NCBI RefSeq assembly: GCF_004010195.1
Contig: NC_057711.1
Coordinates: 72,327,191 to 72,391,135, forward strand
DNA from: Chiloscyllium plagiosum
Taxonomy: Eukaryota
DNA: 63,945 bases
Direction: 5' to 3'
In this document: positions 51,762-63,945 of the stretch, one piece after another
Numbering within the stretch: position 1 is the first letter of the stretch
Layout of the letters: every line of letters begins with the position of its first letter
The notes under the pieces: model-generated
Told to the model about the DNA's origin: nothing
Seen by the model: only the letters and a program-made list of their open reading frames with translations
Databases searched by the model: none
Position numbers and translations under genes: made by a program

Positions 51762-52761
51762 TGCTGGAAAAGCGCAGCAGGTCAGGCAACATCCAAGGAG
51801 CAGGAGAATCGACGTTTCGGGCATGAGCCCTTCTTTAGGAATGAGGAAGGTGTGCCAAGCAGGCTAAGACAAAAGGTAGGGAGGAGGGACTTGGGGGAGG
51901 GGCGTTGGAAGTGCGATAGGTGGAAGGAGGTTAAGGTGAGGGTGATAAGGTGAGGGTGATAGGCCGGAGTGGGGGTNNNNNNNNNNNNNNNNNNNNNNNN
52001 NNNNNNNNNNNNNNNNNNNNNNNNNNNNNNNNNNNNNNNNNNNNNNNNNNNNNNNNNNNNNNNNNNNNNNNNNNNNNNNNNNNNNNNNNNNNNNNNNNNN
52101 NNNNNNNNNNNNNNNNNNNNNNNNNNNNNNNNNNNNNNNNNNNNNNNNNNNNNNNNNNNNNNNNNNNNNNNNNNNNNNNNNNNNNNNNNNNNNNNNNTGG
52201 TGGGGGGTGTGGACCTGGCGAGGGAGTCACGGAGTGGTCTTTTCGGAACGCTGATAGGGGAGGGGGGGGGAATATATCCCTGGTGGTGGAGTCCGTTTGG
52301 AGGTGGCGGAAATGACAATGGATGATACGATGTATATGGAAGTTGGTGGGGCGGTAGGTGAGGACCAGTGGGGTTCTGTCCTGGTGGCGATTGGAGGGGC
52401 AGGGCTCAAGGGCGGAGGAGCGGGAAGTGGAGGAGATGCGGTGGAGAGGCATCGTCAATCACGTCTGGGGGAAATTGCAGTCTTTGAAGAAAGAGGCCAT
52501 CTGGGTTGTTCGGTATTGGAACTGGTCCTCCTGGGAGCAGATACGGTGGAGACGAAGGAATTGGGAATATGGGGTGGCGTTTTTACAGAGGGCAAGGAAG
52601 AAGCGGAGGGCTTTGAGTCCTCCACACACATCATTCCTGAAGAACGGCTCATGCCCGAAACGTCGATTCTCCTACTCCTTGGATGCTGCCTGACCTGCTG
52701 CGCTTTTCCAGCAACATATTTTCAGCTCTGATCTCCAGCATCTGCAGTCCTCACTTTCTCA
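51762..52761. mobile_element. Penelope family A insertion: minus-strand pLTR/ORF fragment plus plus-strand pLTR
   Basis: DRTPLVLTYRPTNFHIHRII..HFRHLQTD; near-TSD cata(c/t)gtattgc at 51753-51764 and 52762-52773; HHR core CTGAAGA-A-CGGC-TCAT-GCCC-GAAA-CGTC at 52637-52664. Confidence 0.88.
51977..52197. other. Assembly gap (221 N)
   Basis: Run of n inside an inverted-repeat PLE copy. Confidence 0.99.
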
Positions 52762-52852
52762 CATATGTATTGCACTATGAATGCATATCCAAGCATTTTT
52801 CCTTTTCAGAGCTCATCCCTGCCTTGGGCCTTTTCACCTGCTTTTTTATGCC

Positions 52853-53903
52853 TGGCAGATGGAGTTTAATTTAGATAATTGGGAAATGCTGCATTTGGAA
52901 AGGCAAATCAAGGCAGGACATATATACTTAATGGTAAATTCCTGGGGAGTGTTGCTGAACAAAGTGACCTTGCAGTATAGGTTCATAGTTTGTTGAAAGT
53001 AGAGTCGCAAATAGATAGGATAGTGAAGAAAGCATTTGGTATGCTTTCCTTTATTAGTTTGAACATTGAGTATAGGAGCTGGGAGGTCATTTTGCAGTTG
53101 TACAGGAAATTGGTAAGGCCACTTTTAGAATATTACATGCAATTCTGTTCTCTCTCCTAAAAGATGGATGTTAAAAAGAATGAAAGGGTTCAGAAAAGAT
53201 TTACAAAGATATTGCCAGGGTTGGAAGATTTGAGCTATACAGAGTGGTTGAATAGGCTGGGGCTGTTTTCTCTGGAGTGTCGGAGGCTGACCTTATAGAA
53301 GTTTATAAAATCATGAGGGGCATGGATATGATAAATAGAGTCATAGAGATGTACAGCATGGAAACAAATAAACAAGGTATTTTCCCTGGGGTGGGGGAGT
53401 CCAGACTAGTTGGCACAAGTTTAGGGTGAGTGGGGCAAGATTTAAAAGGGACCTAAGGGGCAATGTTTTTACACCGAGGGTGGTGTGTGTATGGAATGAG
53501 CTGCCAGAGGAAGTGATAGTGGCTGTTACAATTGCAACATTTAAGAGGTATTTGAATGGGTATATGAATAAGCAGGGTTTGGAGGGATATGGGCCGGGTG
53601 CTGGCAGGTGGGACTAGATTGGGTTGGGATATCTGGTCGGCATGGACGGAATGGACCAAAGGGTCTGTTTCCATGCTGTACATCTCTGTGACTCAGTGAC
53701 TCTATAACGCAGCAAGCCAGGAAGTGGTGGAGGTTGGTACAATTACAACATTTCAAAGGCATCTGGATCGGTACATGAATAAGAAGAGTTTAGAGGGATA
53801 TGGGCTAAGTGCTGGCATATGGGACTAGATTAATTTAGGATTTCTGGCTGGCATGGACGAGCAGAACTGAAGGGTCTGTTTCTGTGCCATACATCTCTCT
53901 GAC
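52853..53903 (+). mobile_element. CR1/HER1-like LINE 3' part followed by a second short 3' end (53715-53903)
   Basis: WQMEFNLD...; RFKRDLRGNVFTPRVVCVWNELPEEV; two catctct(g/c)tgact tails. Confidence 0.92.
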
Positions 53904-55892
53904 TTTGCTGTCTCTGCTTTTGCCACCTTCATCACTGCCCAAATTTGCAGTTTGTGAATGGGTCTCAGTTACATAAATGGAGACACATTACAGATCAACT
54001 ATGCTCTTGTTGAATGGTTGAACAGGCATGACAGATTGGACTACTGATATTCCTATCTTCTTTGAGCAATATCTGGAAAATTAAATTAAATGAAAGTTCT
54101 GCCTTCCTTACAGATAACTTTACAAGCGTACAAGATGATTGTAGGTGGGTTAAAACATTAGATTTTGGAAATTTCCTTGAAACTGCGCCAACTGTTTCGC
54201 TCTTATGACTTTTGGCGTGGTTTCGTAAAGTTACAACAATAAAGTGAGAGAGGCTGCAAGGAATTTTATGGTCATTGATCCAGTTAAATTCTAAAAAAAT
54301 GATGTTCCTGGTGCCGCTTTGAATATTTATCATTCTCTATACTTGTATAATTGAAATCAATTTCACACTAAGCAGACAATATATAGCAGAAACATGTTTG
54401 AACATTACTGTACCGATAGTGAATATTTTAAACTCCGCCCTCTACTTATATCCATGTTTCTCTATTCTATCTTCGCCATCTCATGCTTAGAATTTCAGCA
54501 ATTTTGACTGTTGTGTGATAGCTATTCTCTTGATTGTTCACTAACTTTGACTGGAAATGAACTGAGAGACAAAAAGAACTCCAAGTTTAATCTCCAGCTA
54601 GTGCTGCATTTACTTAATTTTAGTGGGTTCAGTAGTAAGAGAGCCACTGCTCAGTAGGTTAGGAGGAGATCAACCAGGGTTCACAGCGCCTTTTGTGTAA
54701 ACACAAACATAATTGTCAAGCACAGGAGTGAAATAAAATCCAATGAATAGTCCCAGTATGAAGGCTTGCAGATGATTAATAGACATGTGGGTGAATTAGC
54801 TATTAGGTCAGATTCAAGCAAACACTTTCAGGAAAAGGGAAGGGAAAATGGTGAAAGATCAAAAAAAATCCAATCTTGGCAGTAGCGAGCAGTCAGTAAT
54901 GATGAATGGAAAATCTCCAGCTGAAGGCACAAGTCATTCATTCATTCTGGACATTTTGCTCTTCCTCCCATTGATAAACAATAAGTCGACAGTATTCTTT
55001 ATAAGAGTAGATCATTCACTGATGACATTATATTTTCTCCTTAGCAATCAAATTGTGACTGAATGATAGCATTCAAAGTGATATGAATTAATCACATGGT
55101 GAAAGAAAGAATAACAAATTATAATATGAAATGTGTGTATAAAAGGGAATCCAATAGCAACTGGAACTGAGAAGGATTAGAGTATGATGAAATAGCTCTT
55201 GCTCTCCACTATACTGCTAATTCAGGTTTTCCTGAAGCAGCTTTTTTGTTCGATAAATAACTCGTCTTTTTGCCCAAAGTATTTCCATTGAACATTTTAT
55301 AGGCAACTCTCTAATTTCATGTTTAATGAACCATGTTTATTATTGGGAGAGACACCTGCAAACCTGATCTAAGTTTTCATGTTTTGGTGATGTTATGTAG
55401 TGATACCAGTAACATTGCAATTTGTCTTTCTTTCATTTTCTTGCCTCTTCAGCTCACTAAACATCCTGACTCTTGCGATCGTTCACTTTCACAGATACTC
55501 GTAGCCCTTTAGTAGCTTTCCAAATTGGGCATTCCTCCCAATGAGCTTAGACAGTGAATGTTGTCAGGTAGTCAACTAAAATGATTTAACTTAGTTGAGG
55601 TTGTGGATTCAACTTTTGACTTTGGCTCTCTGAGTTAAAACCAGAAAATATTGGAAATACTCTTCCAGATCTGACAGCATCTATGGAGAGATGAACAGAA
55701 TTAATGACTGAAATTTAATTAATTTCCTTATATTCCAAAATGCTAATACACACCATTGAATGGTTTTTACCCCCAGCAAACCACTCATGTCTCTAACAAA
55801 ATAACAAATTTACATGCAAAGCCATCAGGGGCAGTACAATGACACCAAAAGTGAGGGAAAGATAGGGAGAGGACTGAATTAAAATGGAGTTG

Positions 55893-56289
55893 GAGGGGAC
55901 AACTGAGATTTACCATAAGTACCATGAAGTGTGGGTGCACACTTTTCAAGAATGATTGATCAACTCACAGATTATCTCCAATTAACCGATTAGGAGATGA
56001 CCAATGAGTTTCTCAGCAAATTAGGAGACTGGATACTGAAACCCAGTCCCGCAAAGGAGTTGCCCTCCAATCATATGCCAGTGGCTTCTGAGGGGACAAC
56101 TGAGATTTACCATAAGTACCGTGAAGTGTGGGTGCACACTTTTCAAGAATGATTGATCAACTCACAGATTATCTCCAATTAATGGTTTAGGAGATGACCA
56201 ATGAGTTTCTCAGCAAATTAGGAGACTGGATACTGAAACCCAGTCCCGCAAAGGAGTTGCCCTCCAATCATATGCCAGTGGCTTCTGAG
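55893..56289. repeat. 197-bp tandem duplication
   Basis: 55893-56089 repeated at 56090-56286 with about 4 substitutions; gag microhomology at the junctions. Confidence 0.95.
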
Positions 56290-56466
56290 ACCTTGAGATT
56301 GTCATTGGAGGCCCACGGTTAATGGGTACAAGTTAAGTGGGGAGATAATGGTCAAGTGGGGTTGATGACCTTTCCCCTTGCCCCCACCCCTGTCCCAAAT
56401 TGTCTCCAACTGGGGCAAATGGATGGTTCCTCCTGTTGTTTTATGTCTCACAGTCAGTAAGTCAAA

Positions 56467-56945
56467 GAGTCATAGAGTCATAGAGATGTACAGCCCGTAA
56501 CTAAGCCATTTGGTCCAACTCAGCTATGCTGACCAGCTATCCCAATCTAATCTAGTCTATTTGCCAGCACCCAGCTCATATCCCTCTAAACCTTTCCTAT
56601 TCATATAACCATCCAGATGCCTTTTAAGTGCTGCAATTATACCAGCCTCCACCACTTCCTCTGGCAGCTCATTCCATACACGCACTACCCTCTGCATGAA
56701 AAGTTGCTCCTTGGGTCCCTTTCATATCTTTCTTCTCTCACCCTAAAATTATGGCCTCTAGTTCTGGACTGCCCCACTCCAAGGAAAAAACTTTGTCTAT
56801 TTATCCTATCCATGCCCTTCATGATTTTATAAACCTCTATAAGGTCACTCCCCTGGTCTCTGACACTCCAAGGAAAACAGCCCCAACTTATTCAGCCTCT
56901 CTTTATAGCTCAAATCCTCTAACCCTGGCAACATCCTTGTAAATC
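56467..56945 (-). mobile_element. CR1/HER1-like LINE 3' fragment
   Basis: (agagtcat)n tail then reverse complement of the RT C-terminus. Confidence 0.92.
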
Positions 56946-58134
56946 GTTTAGAGATAATCATGATACCATCAATACATCACAGCATGTGATGTGAGGGTAT
57001 ATTGGCCTCATACTCCATCTTGCTGGAGACCACTTATTAGAATGCTGCTGAAAGTATGCTGCTCTGTGTAACTTAAAGCTTAATATTACTCTAGACACTT
57101 GTGTACCTGTGAATGCAATGTTTGCCTCTAATAGTTCACTGTAAGCATGTCTGGTGAATTCTTCAATTCCAGTTTGTACATGCGCAGTTCTTATGGTACA
57201 CAGATAACGTAAGCATTCCCATGTCAGGTAAAATGTCGTGTTGGAGGCAAATTACACCAGGGTTATCAACAGGGGTCATCTATTAAAATAAAGACTTCAT
57301 GGTAGGTACTTGGAAAGTAATTGAAGATCAACTGGACATCGGTGTGGGTTGATTAGTTTGGCAGCATCAGTTTCTGTGAGAATCTACAACTTTTGCAATC
57401 TGTTGACAGGGCACAAACCAGCAAGAAGACAGGCCAAATTTCTTTTGATCTGAATATAAATTCTTATAACATATGAAATATTTCTACGAGTGAATTTACT
57501 TAAAAGCAAAATGACTTACTTTATAAATGGACGCAAAACTAAAGGCTATAGCTAAAGGCCAATTGTTATTTTTACCAAAGAGAAAACCCGATGGCCCGCT
57601 GATTTGATTTTAAATGGTCAGTTAACTGTTCCTAAAAGCACAGCTCCAAACCGCTCTTGGGGAGAAAAAAAAGGCTTAAAATGACCAAACAAATGGTTTT
57701 CTACACAAAAAAAAATCATGTCCAGGCCATGGTTGGTTCAGCAATTTCCTTTCATTTGCTGCCTGCATTACAGATATCCAGAGGAGCTAAACAGAACAGG
57801 TGCATTAAAGTGCATCTATTGTCGATTTTGTATATTTGTGTGCTTTGTTAGTTTGAGTACCCAGTAGTTACACACAAATCATATAATTGTCATTGGCCTA
57901 CCACAATGGCTTTACACTTGCATCCATCCTCAAAGAATGCATCAATGGCAGTGCCTCTTTCCTTTTCATATTGATCCTTCCTGAAGGCTTCAATTGGTAT
58001 AGGAGTAATGACTAGCTCACTGAGTCTGTCTGACAGTTCCTATTCAGAAGAGCCACACTCATGGGCTTTCCTGTGGCGTCCTCTGACAAGCAGGTGCATG
58101 GACTCATCAATGTAAAGATAAAAATCAACTAGGT

Positions 58135-59127
58135 AAACCTGGTGCTCACCTTCCACCCTACCAACCTTTGCATAAACCAAATTATCCGCCGACGTTTCCG
58201 TCAGCTCCAAATGGACCCCACCACCAGGGATATATTTCCCTCCCCATCCCTTTCCGCAAAGACCGTTCCCTCCGTGACTACCTAGTCAGATATATGACCC
58301 CCAACCCACCCTCCCGTCCTGGCACCTTCCTCTGCTACCACAGGAATTGCAAAACCTGCGCCCACACCTCCTCTGTCACCTCCATCCAAGGCCCTAAAGG
58401 AGCCTTCCACATCCATCAAAGTTTTACCTTCACATCCACCAATGTCATTTATTGTATCCATTGCTCCCGATGCGGTCTCCTCTACATTGGGGAGACTGGA
58501 CGCCTCCTAGCAGAGCACTTTAGGGAACATCTCTGGGACACCCGCACCAATCAACCACACTGCCCTGTGGCCCAACATTTCAACTCCCCCTCCCACTCAG
58601 CCGAGAACATGGAGGTCCTTGGCCTCCTTCACCGCTACTCCCTCACCACCCGACGCCTGGAGGAAGAACGCCTCATTTCTGCCTCGGAACACTTCAACCC
58701 CAGGGCATCAATGTGGACTTCACCAGTTTCCTCATTTCCCCTTCCCCCACCTCAGTCCAGCTACAAACTTTCAGCTCAGCACCATCCCTATGACCTGTCC
58801 TACCTGCCTATCTTCCTTTCCACCTATCCACTCCACCTTCCTCTCTGACCTATCACCTTCATCCCCACCCCCATCCACCCATTGTACTCTTTGCTACCTT
58901 CCCCCACTCTCCTTCCTGACCTATCACCTCCATCCCCACCCCCATTCACCTATTGTACTCTATGCTACTTTCTCACCACCCCACCCTCTTCTCATTTATC
59001 TCCCACCTTTCAGGCACTCTGCCTGTATTCCTGATGAAGGGCTTTTGCCCGAAATGTCGATTTTCCTGCTCCTAGGATACTGTCTGAACTGCTGTGCTTT
59101 TCCAGCACCACTCTAATCCTCCTCCAA
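58135..59127 (+). mobile_element. Penelope-like element 3' part (GIY-YIG endonuclease plus pLTR with HHR core at 59031-59058)
   Basis: ORF 58168-58848 has NCKTC...NVIYCIHCSRCGLLYIGETGRLLAEHFREHL...VAQHFN; 14-bp TSD tcatcaatgtaaag at 58104-58117 and 59128-59141. Confidence 0.93.
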
Positions 59128-59164
59128 TCATCAATGTAAAGGAATACCCAAACACAACAGCAAA

Positions 59165-59750
59165 GTGAAGCAGTGTTTTATTTGCACTTCATTCAATCTA
59201 GTATTTCACTCTCATATTTGCTGCTCACAGTGCAGTTCTCTTTTACATTGGTGAGACCAAATGCAGACTAGGTTACCAGAACACCTCTGCTTTGTCTGTC
59301 TCCTTCCAGTTGCTTGCTATTTCCATGAACCACCTTGCTTGCATGTTAATATTTTCAAGCTTGGCCTGCAAAAGTGTTCTAATGAAGTTCAATGCATGCT
59401 GGAAGAAAATATCCCATTTCCTGCTTAGAAACTTTATAACTTCTAAGTCTCAATATTGAGTTTCACAACTTCAGTGTATGACCTCTATCCTACATTTTTC
59501 TTACATCCTCACCCTCATACATGTCTTGTTGACTTTGCTCTCAGAACCGACATACTTTCTCCTTTTCACACCTAACATTTACACCTATTTGTTCCATTTG
59601 CTCTCTACCCTTTCTGACAACAACACAAAACCTCCATTTTCCAACCCCTTTCACGTTCAAAGAAGAGTCATACTGGACTCAAAGCATTAACACGGCCTCT
59701 CTTCATATATGCTAGCCAACCTGCTGAGTTTCTCCATCACTTTATGTTTT
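59165..59750 (+). mobile_element. Older Penelope-like GIY-YIG fragment plus decayed terminal repeat
   Basis: tgctcacagtgcagttctcttttacattggtgagaccaaatgcagactagg (CSQC..YIGETKCRLG); caaagaagagtcatactggactcaaag HHR-like relic. Confidence 0.65.
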
Positions 59751-60533
59751 TACATCAAAACTCTGCACTGGGCAGAGAGTGCAAGCCAGAAATCCAAATA
59801 CTAATACTTAGATGCTTGTACATGGTTCTAGAATATGCAACCAGCCCAGATCATATGAAGTCATTAATGATCATGGTACCACATTTTGAAGGAACTAAAG
59901 CCAGCTGAGACTGTGTGAATTACGCACAGAATAAGGAAGAACATTCCAACAATGTTGATTCTGGGGTGATGTTGAGCAACAGCAAAAAGTAGCAAGACAA
60001 CTAAATTGAACAAAGTGTTGCAAGGAAAAAAAATCCTGCTCCCGACATGTATATGGTAAGTAAATTAGATTGTATTGTTAAACCTCGACAACATTACATT
60101 GAAGTTTGAAACATCAGTATTTCAAAGTTTGTTTTACCTGTTTGTATAGTTATTGAATTGAAAACCTATGTACATGCCATGTACAACCATTTATATCTGT
60201 AGAGGATATGTTTTCATCTTTGGAGAAGAGTGATGTGTTGTGCCTCACAGTGCGTATGTCAGCATACCTTTAAGAGACATGTTCCTAATTGTATCACTGT
60301 ACCATAATATGTGGCTCGAGGTACAAATGTCTTATAGACCATCTTTCCAGTGATCATTCGAAACGTGACATACTACTGGAAGAATGCTGTTCAACACTAC
60401 TTTGTGTATCTTCAAAGCTTGATGTTAGCTCAAAGTCTTACGTGTCTGCAAATGTAATGATTAGATATAATAGCTAGCTGCAACAAATATCTTTTAGGTT
60501 CTTTAGTAATTTGATATCCATGCCTTATTCTTA

Positions 60534-61510
60534 TGTCACAGGAGATAAAATAACACATTGCCGCATTAGGTATTATTATACCAATTGCTATTATTACCAA
60601 CTGGTCAGATCCCAGACTGAATTCTGTCTCGATAGTTTTTTAAAATTTTATTGAGCTGGTCTTTCAGTAAACACAAGCACACAATTCTGCAATTGGTTTT
60701 AATAATAAAACAAAATGTTGTTACTGTATCACAAAAAATGAAGTTAAAAATGAATGAATAAAACTATTTACATATAACACAAGTTAAAACATTTTGAAGC
60801 ACAAGGTAAAATGCAATTGCATTAATCCCTATAAAAATATTCCTTTGCAGAAATGACACCTGAAAGTGTTCCCTCCTTTATCATATCTGCAGGGGTTTAG
60901 CTTAACTCAAGCATAACTTACAGTGTTGAGACTTTGATAGCCTCTTCTCTGAGGGTTCATACAACTTAGCTTAGATTTTCTCAACTTCACATAACATCTT
61001 CAGGGTTTTAACTAAACACTTCTGGTCTTGAACTTTCAAATTAACTCCTTAGATTGAGGCAACTTTTTTTAAAATCAGTTTTAAACTATTTCCTTCCTTC
61101 AGGAGCAATAGTCTTGCACATCCAGCTTTAGCCAAGACTTCTGCAAACTGCCAATCTAAACCTAAAAATCTATTCCAAGTTATGCATGCTTCTTCAAAGC
61201 TAAAATCCCCACAATGTCCAGAACCTGCTGACTGACGTTGAATGCACTACACTGATTGCTCAGTGCTCATAAAACCTTCCCTGTGTAAACAAATTCTGAG
61301 TAAGCACTAAGAACAATCTTTCATGAATCTTTCATTCCCAGTATCTTTCTCACACTGTTATTTTTAAAAAGAAACCATGTCCACAGAAATACTTACAAGT
61401 TAAATCATTAAACCCTTTCATACACACAGAACCCCATATGCCTCTAGTCCAAAATTGAAAAATCCAAAATATATGATATTAAAATACAGTTAAATCATAT
61501 ACCTGATATC
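60534..61510 (-). mobile_element. Possible solo LTR
   Basis: tg...ca termini and a ctgggatctgac motif near the minus-strand 3' end, as in 32968-33013. Confidence 0.3.
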
Positions 61511-61689
61511 ATATATGTTGGAGGAAAATAACATCACACTCAATCCAGCTGGAAGGCAGTCACCTGCTGGGAATGTAGACAATTGGCTCAGTGACAGGAT
61601 GAGCCCTTGACGATTTCCAGGCCTTAGTTGATGGTAAGTTGTTGAAACCACCTCTGCTCACAGCACATCTCTTAACTTTATGGTGCTGT

Positions 61690-62110
61690 GGAGTCTGTGG
61701 ACCATGTGTATATTGCTTGTAAGTGACTGCACTCTGTTTTAGTATTTTGTAAAGTCTTTTGTTGTTCTTTCTGTTGCAAGCAAAACCTACCCTCCTAATT
61801 TTTGTGCATCACGTGTGGAGGGATGTGGACAAATCGGAGGATCTCCTCTTGGGTCTGCTCCTCAGCCTGGCCAAGTTGGCCAATGACAGACCCAGGCAGT
61901 GGGCAGTGGACAGGGTCATATTTTCCAATTGCCTGGCTCACTTTTGCGGCTACATTTGTGCCCGGGTATCATTTCAGATTGAGTACGATGCATTTTAAGA
62001 AAGGTGGGCATCACAGTGGGTAGAGTACCTTTTCTCCCCTTTGAACCCCATTTTGATTGAGCTCTCTCTCTTTCTCCCACACTTTGGTATTATTGCAAAT
62101 CCCCAATGGG
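61690..62110 (+). mobile_element. Tx1/L1-like LINE ORF2 C-terminal fragment
   Basis: PTLLIF...EDLLLGLLLSLAKLA...GYICARV...; the end cattttgattga resembles tattttgatttag at 14512. Confidence 0.65.
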
Positions 62111-63616
62111 CTCTGCATGTATATTGAACAATTGGAAACACAGTGATTTACTGGTGGTGGTTAATAGATGAAAATTGGCACAGGTGACTTGATGGTGGAG
62201 AAAGCATTTGACTGTGTGATAGCTCTTCTGGAATTAAAAAAACACAGAAATTAAATAAATACACCGCCTCTGGACCTCTTCACTCAGTACATCATTGAAG
62301 TGTCAAGATGGGAAAGAATATCTCTTCAGAGTCGGCTAACCCAATTTTTGCCCAGCTTGTCACCTTCTTCACCACCTCCAAGGAGGGAAAAGCATGCTCA
62401 ATCCTGCTGCTCACAGTGAGCTGTTGGTTGATGGCCACTCACACCAAGCTGCTAAAGCCATAAGTGTTGTTAGTCCTTTGAGGACAGGTTGGGAAAAGGA
62501 AAGGCTGGTAAGATGGCATAGAAAGATATTGGGCGGTACACAGTGTTTTCCTGTTATCAAATAGATTTTCCAACAGTGTAAGGAGTGATGCATGGATTGC
62601 CAATCTGGTGCTCAATTGAGCCAATTAAATACTCAATCACCGTCCCACCTCTGTGAGCTCCTTTCCAATAGCTGGGGTCTTTGACGTCCCTTTTGAGATG
62701 AAAACAATTGATTCCTTGTGCCCTCCCGGTGGAGTCATGGCAGCCTCCTTTTTCAGGCTTCAATTTGGCTCACTGAGGGGCTCCTCCCTAACTTGCTGGC
62801 AAAGGCTGCACCTGCAGCAACAGTGCTGACTGGCTGTAATCTGTATCCCATAACACCCCTTCTGTCACTGCGATCTGGCTGCTTGGTCTCAGTGCTCCCT
62901 GGGCTTGACTGAGGAGTCTTTGAGGGCAGCCCAGAAATAGGCACCACCAGCAGTGGAACTGCTCAGGCTGTTCAGCTGTCACCCTCAGATTTGACCAGCA
63001 GCTGATGGGGCTAGGCCCATTGTTCTTCATTGAAATCGCTGGCCCAGTGGCAGTGGTCAGGCTGTTTCCCAATGCAGGGTTGCCTCCATCTTCCTGTTCC
63101 TAACCCAGTAATGGCATGTCTGCTACAAAGGTAAAACTCAGCATCATTGAGAAGAGCAACTAAGTTGCGTGTAAGAACAAAATTTATCTTCTCATTAAAA
63201 AAAAGCCCTAATTTCACACAACATCCATTTGAGGGCAGCAATCTAAACCCAGTAAATTTTTAAAAATGTTTTAAATTCTGAAAGAAGCCTTAAGCCTCAG
63301 GGCCCTGTGATTTTAACCTGTGAGGAAGAGTTGAAATGGCGGTTAACACTATTTCCCAACATGTTCACGATTTTAAATCTTCAGCTTCTGAAAGTATTGA
63401 CATCTACTACACATGGAAGAATGTTAAAATGACATGGTCTGGTGATATATTTCAATTCATAATGGGATTGTTGTTGGCTCACTGGGAGTTTGGCCTGCCA
63501 GTGAAATCGAACAGCAGGCAAAAACATGGCCAAAGATAGTCACTTGTCTAAAAGACTTTTGAATGATTTGAAGTTTCTTTGGTAACCAGAATAAGAAGGA
63601 GTATTCCTGTGAGCTG

Positions 63617-63945
63617 TATAGAGTCACTGAGTCATAGAGATGTACAGCATGGAAACAGACCCTTCGGTCCAACCCATCCATGCCGACCAAATATCCCAAC
63701 CCAATCTAGTCCCACCTGCCAGCACCCGGCCCATATCCCTCCAAACCCTTCCTATTCATATACCCATCTAAATGCCTCTGAAATGTTTCAATTGTACCAG
63801 CCTCCACCACATCCTCTGGCAGCTCATTCCATACACGTATCACCCTCTGCATGAAGAAGTTGCCCCTTAGGTCTCTTTTATATCTTTCCCGTCTCATCCT
63901 AAACCTATGCCCTCTAGTTCTGGACTCCCTCACCCCAGGGAAAAT
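63617..63945 (-). mobile_element. CR1/HER1-like LINE 3' end, running off the window
   Basis: ORF 63706-63933 (SRTRGHRF...RDLRGNFFMQRVIRVWNELPE); agagtca tail. Confidence 0.93.

Noticed and set aside
51782..52458. ORFs spanning X runs
   Set aside because: Artefacts of the 221-N gap within a Penelope fragment
58168..58848. Longest ORF (226 aa) as a host or domesticated gene
   Set aside because: 5'-truncated Penelope endonuclease with frameshifted ends, non-ATG start, pLTR and TSD
62400..63130. Cluster of short GC-richer ORFs
   Set aside because: No recognisable domain or consistent frame; probably decayed repeat that I cannot classify

Overview
Repeat-dense, AT-rich vertebrate non-coding DNA (gene desert or large intron). 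I find no credible host exon, RNA gene or intact long ORF, and most entries in the ORF track are shadows of repeats. The repeat set (HE1/V-SINEs, Deu-domain SINEs, CR1/HER1-like LINEs) points to a cartilaginous fish, probably a shark; this is inferred from recalled repeat families, not from a search. Contents: many decayed CR1 LINEs, at least four Penelope-like element (PLE) lineages, Tx1, RTE and Rex/Babar-like fragments, a Tigger-like MITE, solo-LTR-like segments, a 197-bp tandem duplication, a microsatellite and a 221-nt gap. The main unexplained-by-ORF signal is more than a dozen intact or decayed minimal hammerhead-ribozyme (HHR) cores (CTGANGA-N-stem II-GAAA-palindromic stem III) in three different PLE-type terminal repeat families. 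These include a 1219-nt non-autonomous unit bounded by two direct HHR cores (retrozyme-like) and six tiny fold-back elements, most with long (11-14 bp) target duplications. A second oddity is a mosaic array of LINE 3' ends re-primed on one target motif inside a solo LTR. HHRs in PLEs are known in general; whether these particular families are described cannot be determined here. Element boundaries are read by eye and approximate unless a TSD is cited.
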